From: a virus
DNA length: 64,000 nt
Reading direction: 5' to 3' (one strand)
Virus record (IMG/VR): IMGVR_UViG_3300043411_001639
Location: 64,001 to 128,000 of that record
Under the pieces are notes generated by a model, which was not told where the DNA came from, did no database searches, and saw only the letters and a list, made by a program, of their open reading frames with translations. Positions 49,049-58,266 of this stretch are shown here, in pieces (position 1 is the first letter of the stretch; every line of letters starts with the position of its first letter). The position numbers and the translations under genes were made by a program.

Positions 49049-50188
49049 ATGAGTACCTTTAAAGAATTCGGTCCCAATGATATTAAAACAACCCAAGACT
49101 ATTTTGAAGTCATAACGGATGTGTTGCAAACAGATATTTCTTCAAGTGCTACAAGAAGAAAATCTGAAACCTTTGTTTCAGGAGGGATTGGTCCCGGTGT
49201 TACTTCTTCTCTTTGGCATACTGTGTTTGACCAAGACTATAGTCTTCAAACAGCTAACCCAATCATGAATATCACTTTTGGATTAAGTCCTAGAAGTAGT
49301 TTGGTTTCTGGATCTGTTACTTATACAGATTCTAGAACAGGGAAACAATATTTTCCTTCACAAAGTTTGATGATGAGAGAAAAAACTTTTATCTATAGAG
49401 AGTTTGCGCAAACTCTTCTTGGAAACAGTAATCTTGATTTCCAACTTATCTCAGGTTCTACAACCTCTTATATACGAGAACCTTTGTTTCTTACCTTTAC
49501 TAGACTTGTAGCAAGAGATGGATTAAAAAGAGAAAGTTTTGCCATTAAAGCATTTGTTTCTTCTGCTATTGTTACTGGTCCTCCAACAAGTTCAAAGATC
49601 TATACAGATGTAGGTTCAACTTCAAACATTGAAACAGGTGTTGGTGGTCAGGTATCAGTATTAGTGGATTCTAGTAATACAAACTATCCAGTAGGATTAT
49701 TGTACCTTGATAGAGGAATAGCTATTCTTGATACTCAGAGAATATTCTATGTCTCTCAGTCAATGACAGGTTCAATCAGAGCTGTTAACAGTGCTGGAAC
49801 TCAGTTGTTTTCAGGTAGTTGTAATCAATTCTTTGTTTCTGCTTGTTTGGATGACATTCTTGATCATGTATGTACTGTAAGATTTAGTTCGTCAAATGAA
49901 ACAGCAATAGCATTCAAAAACCTAACAACCATCAATAGTACAATCTATTACTGTAGATTTGATGCAGATGAATTCAACTACTCATCTAACCCAACATATA
50001 CAGATTCAAACAACAGGATAGTTGTAATTGAACCAGGGCAAGAAGCTAGACAAAAATCATTCACTTTTGTTACCAGTATTGGCGGATATGACGCTCTTGG
50101 TAGATGTTTATGGAATGGGAAACTTTCAAGACCTGTGATGAAAGATAGTCAAAGATCCTTTGTGATAGAGGTTGCAAATGATTTCTGA
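49049..50188 (+). CDS. Tail/baseplate protein, C-terminal paralogue of 50188
   Basis: EFNYSSNPTY...FVTSIGGYD...KLSRPVMKD. Confidence 0.55.
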   Translation: MSTFKEFGPNDIKTTQDYFEVITDVLQTDISSSATRRKSETFVSGGIGPGVTSSLWHTVFDQDYSLQTANPIMNITFGLSPRSSLVSGSVTYTDSRTGKQYFPSQSLMMREKTFIYREFAQTLLGNSNLDFQLISGSTTSYIREPLFLTFTRLVARDGLKRESFAIKAFVSSAIVTGPPTSSKIYTDVGSTSNIETGVGGQVSVLVDSSNTNYPVGLLYLDRGIAILDTQRIFYVSQSMTGSIRAVNSAGTQLFSGSCNQFFVSACLDDILDHVCTVRFSSSNETAIAFKNLTTINSTIYYCRFDADEFNYSSNPTYTDSNNRIVVIEPGQEARQKSFTFVTSIGGYDALGRCLWNGKLSRPVMKDSQRSFVIEVANDF

Positions 50189-52530
50189 TGACTCTACAAA
50201 AAATCTACCCAGAATTCATTGAAACAATCAGCCTCAATACTAACCCAAAAAGGAACTATATTAGTAGTTCCTCTGGAATTACAGGAGACCTATATGTTTT
50301 CCCACGTAGAATTCTAAGGGAAAAACAAATAAAACTAACTTCTAGTAGTTCTGTATTTACAGAACAAACGGATTTAAACGACTATTTAGACAGTGCTAAG
50401 AATTCAGCTAGGGTATCTAACTCAAACAACTTTGCTCTGAACAGTTTTCTAACGGCTGTTAATACTCAGCCAACTAACCAGAACAAACAACAGAAAGTAT
50501 TAATTTACAGAGAAGTTCCAGGTTTTGATACTGACAAAGCCCAACAACTAAAGAAAAACCTACAAAAAGTATTAATACCTTTTTACAAACCGGAATCAAC
50601 TACTTTTGATTTTAGTTATAACAATTTTAACAGTTTAAACTTCTTTCGTAGTTCGGATACTCCTACAAGTTCTGTACTGTTATATCCGAACTTAATAACT
50701 GTTGGTTCAGATAGTACAATAACAGGAAGATACATCCCTTCAACTGGATTTAGTTTTGATCTTTGGGTTAAACCTGGATATACCAACACTAAAGCTGCTA
50801 CTATATTTCACCTTAGTTCTGTGTTTGCACTGTCTGTATTAACTGGTTCACTGAAGAATGAAAGAGATGAACCACTAGGATACAGACTGTTGTTACAAAC
50901 AAGTGCTAGTTGTGACACCTCACCATCAACCATCAATCTTAATTCTCTCCCAACAGGTAGTTTTTTATCAGATAACAACTGTTTGTTAAAAAATCACTGG
51001 CATCATGTTTCTGTTAGATGGGGAGGTTTAGCAGTTAACAATGGTACTGGTAGTTTCTATGTTGATGGAAACAACAAAGGTAACTTTGTTATCAGTAGTT
51101 CTACAATAGTTCCTCTAAGTTTCTCTCCTGGTAGAGATAACCCAAATGTTCTTTGTGTTGGTAATTTCTATGAAGGAACCAACTCTGGAAGTGCATCAAC
51201 AGGTAAATTCTTTACTTCAACCATTGCTACAAGAGAAGGATTGGAACAGTTAACTGTTGATACAGGGTTTGCACCCTCCAGTTATTTCTTTGATCATACA
51301 TTTAGCGGAGAACTATCAGAACTAAAAATCTATAACAGATATATAACAGACTCAGAGATAAGATTCTTACAAACAAATAGTCCATTACCATCAACACAAG
51401 GGTTGATATTCTATCTACCTCCATTCTTTACCTATGAATCTCCAACCAGGACATTCCATGCAGCTAACGGAGGAGTTTTAATATCACCTTTCCAAACAGA
51501 GGATGGAACTACTAATACTCCATTCAACAAAGACCTAGCATACGGTCTAGGAGGTCATTATATCAACCTGGAAAATAATACTAGGGAAATGGTCAACGGA
51601 ATATATCCGCGCCTCTGGGAGCTCACTGGTAGCCTTCTGTTGAATAGTCTAAATACTCCGATGACTGCTAATGAAATACTCTACTCAACAGGTTCTGTTA
51701 AAAAAGCTTCTCTTACTGTTCTACCTTCTGACAATGGAAACTATTTTCCCAACTATGATTGGTTTGGTAGTTTAAATAAAACTAGGTTTGTTAATGATTT
51801 TGGTAGTCAAGATCTATCAAGGATAACCTTGAACGATATACTTCCTTCAAGAACAGAAGCCTATAACAATTTGTCTGGGAGTTTAGCTTCAGATCTAGTT
51901 GGTTCAAGACCTGAAAACATCAGCGCAAGTATAACAAACAACCAAGCTTATACCCTACAACAAAGAACAGGTGATAGTTCTTCCAGACAAGTTGTTATGT
52001 TTAACATCAGTAACTTGTTCTATGGTGACAAGATAAAACCCAACAGTTTAACTATTGTTGATACAGACCTATCAGGATCAGATGGAATTGTAAGAATAAC
52101 TCTCAAAGATGATGGCTGTGGTAATTTATATAGAGCAGATAGTTCTGGAAGTTTAGGACATGCAACCTGGAACTCAGTAGGAAACGTGTTTTACAACGAA
52201 GGAATAGTTTTAATCAAACATCCTTCCCTATATTTTTTTGGTAAGAATGAATTTAGAATGACATTTCAAGGGGAGAGAAACGTTCATGTTCTTAGTTTAA
52301 ATCTGTTCCTAGCACCTTATCAATTTACTTCTTCTTCTAATCCTAGTTTTGTTGAACTATCCAGTTCAATATCAACTAACATCAATGAAGAAGATAGGAA
52401 GTTTGTTTATGTTACTAACGTAAACATCCATGATGACAACTTGAATGTTATAGCTAAAACTTCATTTGCTCAACCTTACAGATTAAAACACTCAGACAAA
52501 GCACTTGTTAAAGTAAAACTAGACTTCTAA
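50188..52530 (+). CDS. Tail/baseplate protein with LamG/ConA-like domain
   Basis: FSFDLWVKP, WHHVSVRW, FYVDG, GELSELKIYNR; C-term SSNPSF...YVTNVNIHDDNLNVIAK...KLDF. Confidence 0.65.
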   Translation: MTLQKIYPEFIETISLNTNPKRNYISSSSGITGDLYVFPRRILREKQIKLTSSSSVFTEQTDLNDYLDSAKNSARVSNSNNFALNSFLTAVNTQPTNQNKQQKVLIYREVPGFDTDKAQQLKKNLQKVLIPFYKPESTTFDFSYNNFNSLNFFRSSDTPTSSVLLYPNLITVGSDSTITGRYIPSTGFSFDLWVKPGYTNTKAATIFHLSSVFALSVLTGSLKNERDEPLGYRLLLQTSASCDTSPSTINLNSLPTGSFLSDNNCLLKNHWHHVSVRWGGLAVNNGTGSFYVDGNNKGNFVISSSTIVPLSFSPGRDNPNVLCVGNFYEGTNSGSASTGKFFTSTIATREGLEQLTVDTGFAPSSYFFDHTFSGELSELKIYNRYITDSEIRFLQTNSPLPSTQGLIFYLPPFFTYESPTRTFHAANGGVLISPFQTEDGTTNTPFNKDLAYGLGGHYINLENNTREMVNGIYPRLWELTGSLLLNSLNTPMTANEILYSTGSVKKASLTVLPSDNGNYFPNYDWFGSLNKTRFVNDFGSQDLSRITLNDILPSRTEAYNNLSGSLASDLVGSRPENISASITNNQAYTLQQRTGDSSSRQVVMFNISNLFYGDKIKPNSLTIVDTDLSGSDGIVRITLKDDGCGNLYRADSSGSLGHATWNSVGNVFYNEGIVLIKHPSLYFFGKNEFRMTFQGERNVHVLSLNLFLAPYQFTSSSNPSFVELSSSISTNINEEDRKFVYVTNVNIHDDNLNVIAKTSFAQPYRLKHSDKALVKVKLDF

Positions 52531-52531
52531 C

Positions 52532-53371
52532 CTACATCAACAGGATTTTACCAATATAATAACCAATTAAATTCTCTATATGACCCACAATGTTTTCTTC
52601 ATATGAGGGTAAATCTTGTTTATACATTTCAAGAGCATGTCGGTTGCTAGGATTAATATCCCCATAGAATTTTATAGTTTTTGGTAGTTGAAGTTTAACT
52701 GTTCCCGTTAATAAATACTGTGCTATCAATTCATAAACAAATTCATATCCTCTATTAAGTTTCTTGTCTCTGGCGGACTTCATTGTTCCTATTTGTTGAA
52801 ATACTTCTCCCAAGCCTGGTTCAAATAACTTAGTGAAATAAATACCATAAACTTCACCCAGAATATTTCTTAGGATTGAAGTTAATTCTCTTTCAAAATA
52901 TTGAAACTCTTCAGGGTTCCCTTTCCCATTCATCATATCCCTATTCATTACATGTCCAAATCTATGAGCAATTGTCCAACCTGTCATTGGAACTTTTTGA
53001 TCACCAAAATTACCGTTAAAAATTATAGTAATACTATCAGGGTTTGGGTCTGGAATTTCATTGGGTGATATTTTTAGTTCTGTTCTCAGAAAATTTAAAT
53101 CTATTGGACCTATCTCTTGGTAATCTTCACTGTTTGTGTAAGATTTATTAAGCATATAAACATCAAAGTTAAATTTTGTTCTTTCCCACTGTTTTGTTAT
53201 TTTTTCAATAGCTTTTGGATTTGTTAATAATTTTCTGTCAGTGTCATCAAATCCACCTTCTTCAGCTTCTCTACCTGTAAAATTTCCTACAAGTTTTGTC
53301 TTGATTGGCATTTCATTCAAGATTACTGACTCAACAATCATAATGAACTTTTGTTTTTCAAACTGATCCAT
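52532..53371 (-). CDS. Hypothetical protein with zincin-like HRxxH motif (probable start 53371)
   Basis: WTIAHRFGH...EFVYELIAQY; ATG 53371 (MDQFEK) avoids overlap with the divergent gene. Confidence 0.55.
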   Translation of the reverse strand: MDQFEKQKFIMIVESVILNEMPIKTKLVGNFTGREAEEGGFDDTDRKLLTNPKAIEKITKQWERTKFNFDVYMLNKSYTNSEDYQEIGPIDLNFLRTELKISPNEIPDPNPDSITIIFNGNFGDQKVPMTGWTIAHRFGHVMNRDMMNGKGNPEEFQYFERELTSILRNILGEVYGIYFTKLFEPGLGEVFQQIGTMKSARDKKLNRGYEFVYELIAQYLLTGTVKLQLPKTIKFYGDINPSNRHALEMYKQDLPSYEENIVGHIENLIGYYIGKILLM

Positions 53372-53389
53372 GTTCTCTAGAATATATGT

Positions 53390-53647
53390 ATGATGAACAA
53401 CTCTAAACAAGAACAGTTGGGTTTGATCCTAGCTCTACAGTATCAGAAAGAAACAGATACTATACTATGGGATTTATTAAACACAAAAAAGTATCATGGT
53501 TTAGTAGACATCTGGTATGAGTTTAACAATGACAGGTTAGATATTAAATTCCAGCAGATAAAAACACCTGATGTTCAGAAACATAATAATGAAACAATGA
53601 GATGGTTTGTTAGTCAAGAAAAACAAGCTGTAAAACACGTTGTTTAA
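53390..53647 (+). CDS. Hypothetical protein
   Basis: 85-aa ORF upstream of primase. Confidence 0.45.
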   Translation: MMNNSKQEQLGLILALQYQKETDTILWDLLNTKKYHGLVDIWYEFNNDRLDIKFQQIKTPDVQKHNNETMRWFVSQEKQAVKHVV

Positions 53648-53671
53648 AGCCATAACCAACTATGGTAACAT
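53643..53671 (+). promoter_or_regulatory. Possible sigma70-like promoter TTTAAA-N17-TAACAT with TGn extension
   Basis: TGG directly before the -10 hexamer; upstream of primase. Confidence 0.35.
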
Positions 53672-53685
53672 GGGTATGAACAGAA

Positions 53686-54693
53686 ATGAGTTTTACTCTA
53701 GGAGAATCACAAGAGTTTTTAACCAAAGTATTTGGTTCTGGAAAGTTAACAGGTAACGGTCTTAATTTTGCTATCTCTTGTCCGTTCTGTCAAGACACTA
53801 ACCACAAGAAGAAACTTGAAATTAGACTTGACTATTTTGTTTGTCATTGTTGGATCTGTGGTTTCAAGAGTAAAAACCTTGTTAAACTTTTAAAAGAAAC
53901 TAACAACCAACACCATGTTAGAGAATATCTTGATAAGTTTGGCAAGAGTTTACTGTTAAAAGAACAAGCAGAGGAAGAACTGTTCTCAGATAAACTTAAC
54001 AGACTTCTTGATAAAACTACTAGTAATAATAAACAACCAGAGACACAACAGGTAGATCTTCCTAAAGATTTTAAGTTACTAGCAGTAAACCTTGATTCAA
54101 AAACCGCTAAACCTTATTTAGACTATCTTATAAAACAAAGAGGTTTGGAATTAAGAGATCTGTGGTACTATAAGATTGGTATAGCTCCAGGTACATATCC
54201 GAACAGAGTTATTATCCCTTCACACAGACCTGATGGTAGTTTAAACTACTTTATTACTAGAACAATCAACAGTTGGGAAAAACCTAAATATTACTCTCCT
54301 GTTAAACAAAGAACAGATCTAATATTCAACGAGATTAACATAGACTGGACATTGAACAGAATAGTCCTTGTTGAAGGAGTGTTTGACCTGATGAAAGTAG
54401 CATATGAAAACACAGTACCACTACTAGGAAGTGAGTTAGACGAGAAAACAAGACTATTTCAAACCATAATAAACAATGCAGATACTATGGAAGTTATACT
54501 GGGACTTGATAATGACGCTAAAACAAAGACAGTAAAACTTGTCAAACAGTTTCAAAACTACGGAATCAACCCTAAAATAGCAATCCCAAACAACAATGAC
54601 TTTGGTCAGATGATGAATAAACAGAATGTTGAACAACAAATAAACAACGCTAGAGAGTTTACTTTTCAACAACTGTTACAATGGAACATATAA
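53686..54693 (+). CDS. DnaG-type DNA primase
   Basis: Zn finger CPFC...CHCWIC, NRVIIP, TOPRIM LVEGVFD and LGLDND. Confidence 0.88.
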   Translation: MSFTLGESQEFLTKVFGSGKLTGNGLNFAISCPFCQDTNHKKKLEIRLDYFVCHCWICGFKSKNLVKLLKETNNQHHVREYLDKFGKSLLLKEQAEEELFSDKLNRLLDKTTSNNKQPETQQVDLPKDFKLLAVNLDSKTAKPYLDYLIKQRGLELRDLWYYKIGIAPGTYPNRVIIPSHRPDGSLNYFITRTINSWEKPKYYSPVKQRTDLIFNEINIDWTLNRIVLVEGVFDLMKVAYENTVPLLGSELDEKTRLFQTIINNADTMEVILGLDNDAKTKTVKLVKQFQNYGINPKIAIPNNNDFGQMMNKQNVEQQINNAREFTFQQLLQWNI

Positions 54694-54699
54694 ACAACA

Positions 54700-57600
54700 A
54701 TGAAAATAGCACACATATCAGACATTCATGTTCGTGGTTTAACAAGACATGAAGAATACAAAGCAGTATTCAACAATCTTTATCAGAAACTAAAAGAGGA
54801 AATAAAACCTGATCTAATAGTTTGTACTGGAGATATCTGGCATACCAAAACCCAAGGAATAACTCCAGAGGCTATTGAGTTACTCACCAACTTCTTTGAT
54901 GAACTAGCAGGAATAGCTCCTTTACACATGATCTTAGGTAACCATGACGGCAACCTAGCTAACAACAACAGACAAGATGCTATAACTCCTATACTCAAAG
55001 CAATGAACTATAAGAGTAAGAAAAACACTAAATTTTATAACAACATAGGTGATTTACAACCAGGAATAAAACTTTATAAACAAAGTGGTGTTTATCCTGT
55101 TTATTGTTCAGACTTTATGATTTTTGGTGATTCAACAGTATTAACTTCAAACAGTCATCAATTAAAAGAATCAGATTTTTCCTTCTGTGTTTTATCACCT
55201 TTTGATAAAGAAGGATGGGAACAAGTTAAACCAAAACCTGACAAGATAAACATCTGTTTGTTTCACGGTTCTGTTCTAGGTTGTGTTACAGACCTAGAGC
55301 ATATGTTAGAGCACACAGAAGAAGAACTAAGACTGTTTGATGGTTATGATTTTGTTATGCTGGGGGATATTCATCAACAACAGTTCATGGGACACAGACC
55401 TGATAAAACTGGAAACATAAAACCTTGGATTGGATATCCAGGTTCACTAGTACAACAGAACTTTGGTGAAGGTGTTCACAAAGGTTTCTTTGTCTGGGAT
55501 ATCAGAGCAAAGGATGATTGGGATGTTGATTTTATCATACTTCCTAATGACATGCCATTTCTTAACATCAGGTGGATGGGTGATGTTGATCTAACCCTAG
55601 AACAACTAGAAGATATTAAACCAGGAACAAGAGTCAGAGTTATATCTGATGAACAAATAACCCAAATAGACAGGAGACACTTATATCATGAACTAAGAGA
55701 AGTTAAATCATGTTCTGAACTAGCCTATAAAATTACTAACAACAAAGACAACCTAAAAAACATTTCTACTTCTGGATTAACAATTCATAAGGCTAGTTTA
55801 AGAAATGATCATGGAACCATGTTGCAGTTCTATAGAAAATACATAACTGATCATCTTCAATCTATGAATCTTCAAGAAGAAGAACTAAAAGGGGCAGAAG
55901 AACTGATTGTCCAGTACATGAATAAATTCAATGAATCTTTCCAAGAAGAAGCAAGAGACGTTCACTGGACGGTTAAAGAACTAGTTTTTAATAACCTGTT
56001 CAAATATGGGGAAGGAAACAAGATCAATTTTGATAAACTAAAAGGTATAGTTGGTATCTTTGGTCCTAACAGAGCAGGTAAATCTTCAATTGTTAGTAGT
56101 TTAATGTACGGGTTGTTTAATACAACAGAAAGAGAAGTAGGCAGAGGAGTAGGACACTACATCAACAAAGGGAAGAAACAGGCTAACTGTTCTATCAGAT
56201 TTGAATCAGGTGGTTCTGAGTATTTGATAGAAAGAGCAGTAGCTTTAAAAGAAAACCCTAAAGAACCTATGGCCTCAACTACCACACTACAACTCTACCA
56301 AATACAAAAAGACGGCAGTAAGAGTATTGTAGAAAATGATGTATCAAGAACTGACACTGATAAAGTTTTAAGAAAACTAATAGGTACACCAGTTGATTTT
56401 AGACTAACTGCTTATTCAGCCCAAGGTGACATAGCTAGGTTCATTGAACAAGGTGCTACTCAAAGAAAAGCTAACCTTAACAGGTTCCTTGACCTTGATA
56501 TATTTGAGAAACTTTATAAAACAGTAAATGATGACTACAATGCTATAACTGCGAGAATATCTGTCTATCAAACAGATGAAACAAGAGAGTCAAACATACA
56601 AGTGTTATCTGATAAAATAACACAGTTAGAACAAGAACTACAAGTTGTTCAAGGAAACATTGAAACCAGAAAAACAAACATTGAGTTTATCCAGAATACT
56701 TTAAACAACCAAACCAACATAAAAAACATCAAGTTAAAACTAGTAAACCTAAGACAAGAAACAGAAAAACTAAGTTATAAACTACAGGAATTTAGTTCTG
56801 TTTCTGTAAAATCTTTAGATTTAAGAGAACAATACCAAACAAAACTATCTCAAGTTGAGCAACAACTAGAAGAGTTGTCTGGAAAACTGGAAACCTGGAG
56901 AGAAGTTGAGTTGTTGTTAACAACAAAAGCTAAAGAACAACAAGAAATAAAAATAACTCTTGACAAAGAAACAATAGTTTTAACACAGCAAGAAAAATCT
57001 GTTAGAAAACTTGATTTAGTTCCTTGTGGTGATCAGTTTCCTAACTGCCACTTTATTAAAGACAGTTATGAAGATAAACAAAAACTTCCTGTACAACAAG
57101 CTGTTGTGTTGGGTTTAAAAAACAAACATCGTTCATTAGAATTAGAACTTGAAGACCTGATTAAAACAGAAGCTACTAAGTCAATTAAACAGTTTGAACA
57201 ACTAGAGTTAACAAAAACTAAATTAATCAAAGAACTTGAAGATATTAAATCTCAAGATTTAATATTAGAAGATAGAGCTACTCTTGTTAAGGAACAACTA
57301 CAAGAGAAACTTCAAGAAGTACAACAGCTTGAGAAAGAAGCTTCTGGTTATGACCTTGATAGTTTTGATACCAAACAACGTGAGTTATTACAAGAACAAA
57401 AAGAAATAACAGCTCTTGAACAAGAAAAATCTAACAAGATCAAAACTGTTGGAATGTTAGAAAACAAAAAACAAACAGTGATAAAACAAGTTGAAGAATT
57501 AAAGAAAGGACAAAAACAACAACGAATCTTATCAACAATTCTTGAAACATTCTCAAAGAATGGTATTCCAGCTTTAATTCTTTCAAGTCAGTTACCTGCT

Positions 57601-58005
57601 ATTAATGAAGAGATAAACAAGGTACTTCAAACAACAGTAGATTTTAAAGTAGTTCTTGAAACAGAAGTATCTTCTAACACACTTGATATCTGGATTGAAG
57701 ACTCAGGTTCAAAAAGAATAATTGAGTTAGCTTCTGGAATGGAGAAAATGATTGCAGCACTTGCTATTAGAATTGCTTTGTTAAATCTTTCCAGTTTACC
57801 AAGACCTGATTTTTTTATCATAGATGAGGGGTTTGGTTCTCTAGATGATGACTCAATCATGAAATGTCTACAGTTTATACAAACATTCAAGTCAGTATTT
57901 AAAACAATTATTGTCATAAGTCACATCTCTCAAGTAAAAGAGATAGCAGAGAAAATCATTGAAATCACAACCTATGAAAACGAATCAAAAGTACAACATA
58001 TCTGA
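54700..58005 (+). CDS. Fused Mre11/SbcD nuclease - Rad50/SbcC ATPase (gp47-gp46-like)
   Basis: DIH, GDIWH, GNHD, FHG, LGDIH, YPGS; Walker A GPNRAGKSS, Q-loop, coiled coil, ASGMEK, IIDEGFGSLD, ISH. Confidence 0.92.
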   Translation: MKIAHISDIHVRGLTRHEEYKAVFNNLYQKLKEEIKPDLIVCTGDIWHTKTQGITPEAIELLTNFFDELAGIAPLHMILGNHDGNLANNNRQDAITPILKAMNYKSKKNTKFYNNIGDLQPGIKLYKQSGVYPVYCSDFMIFGDSTVLTSNSHQLKESDFSFCVLSPFDKEGWEQVKPKPDKINICLFHGSVLGCVTDLEHMLEHTEEELRLFDGYDFVMLGDIHQQQFMGHRPDKTGNIKPWIGYPGSLVQQNFGEGVHKGFFVWDIRAKDDWDVDFIILPNDMPFLNIRWMGDVDLTLEQLEDIKPGTRVRVISDEQITQIDRRHLYHELREVKSCSELAYKITNNKDNLKNISTSGLTIHKASLRNDHGTMLQFYRKYITDHLQSMNLQEEELKGAEELIVQYMNKFNESFQEEARDVHWTVKELVFNNLFKYGEGNKINFDKLKGIVGIFGPNRAGKSSIVSSLMYGLFNTTEREVGRGVGHYINKGKKQANCSIRFESGGSEYLIERAVALKENPKEPMASTTTLQLYQIQKDGSKSIVENDVSRTDTDKVLRKLIGTPVDFRLTAYSAQGDIARFIEQGATQRKANLNRFLDLDIFEKLYKTVNDDYNAITARISVYQTDETRESNIQVLSDKITQLEQELQVVQGNIETRKTNIEFIQNTLNNQTNIKNIKLKLVNLRQETEKLSYKLQEFSSVSVKSLDLREQYQTKLSQVEQQLEELSGKLETWREVELLLTTKAKEQQEIKITLDKETIVLTQQEKSVRKLDLVPCGDQFPNCHFIKDSYEDKQKLPVQQAVVLGLKNKHRSLELELEDLIKTEATKSIKQFEQLELTKTKLIKELEDIKSQDLILEDRATLVKEQLQEKLQEVQQLEKEASGYDLDSFDTKQRELLQEQKEITALEQEKSNKIKTVGMLENKKQTVIKQVEELKKGQKQQRILSTILETFSKNGIPALILSSQLPAINEEINKVLQTTVDFKVVLETEVSSNTLDIWIEDSGSKRIIELASGMEKMIAALAIRIALLNLSSLPRPDFFIIDEGFGSLDDDSIMKCLQFIQTFKSVFKTIIVISHISQVKEIAEKIIEITTYENESKVQHI

Positions 58006-58234
58006 TGACCTAATAGTCATCAATCCTAACAACATACAAACAGTACCTTTGTTCTGTCCTGTTTGTGGTTTTCCACTTGAACACTCAGATGATGTTAAAC
58101 ACTACAAAGAATATAACAAGTGCTTCATGTGCGTCTGTAAGAACATAGATATTAATACTCTCCCAGAAAAACTAGAACAATATTTAGCTTCTAGAGTTAA
58201 AACCCTCCAAACCAAACAATTAATCATAAACTAA
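57974..58234 (+). CDS. Small zinc-finger protein
   Basis: CPVCG...CFMCVC; first in-frame ATG is at 57974. Confidence 0.6.
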   Translation: MKTNQKYNISDDLIVINPNNIQTVPLFCPVCGFPLEHSDDVKHYKEYNKCFMCVCKNIDINTLPEKLEQYLASRVKTLQTKQLIIN

Positions 58235-58242
58235 TCTTGTTG

Positions 58243-58249
58243 ATATTTA
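58243..58249 (+). promoter_or_regulatory. Putative late promoter motif ATATTTA
   Basis: 17 nt upstream of the terminase ATG. Confidence 0.4.
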
Positions 58250-58266
58250 AATCTATAATACAATAG

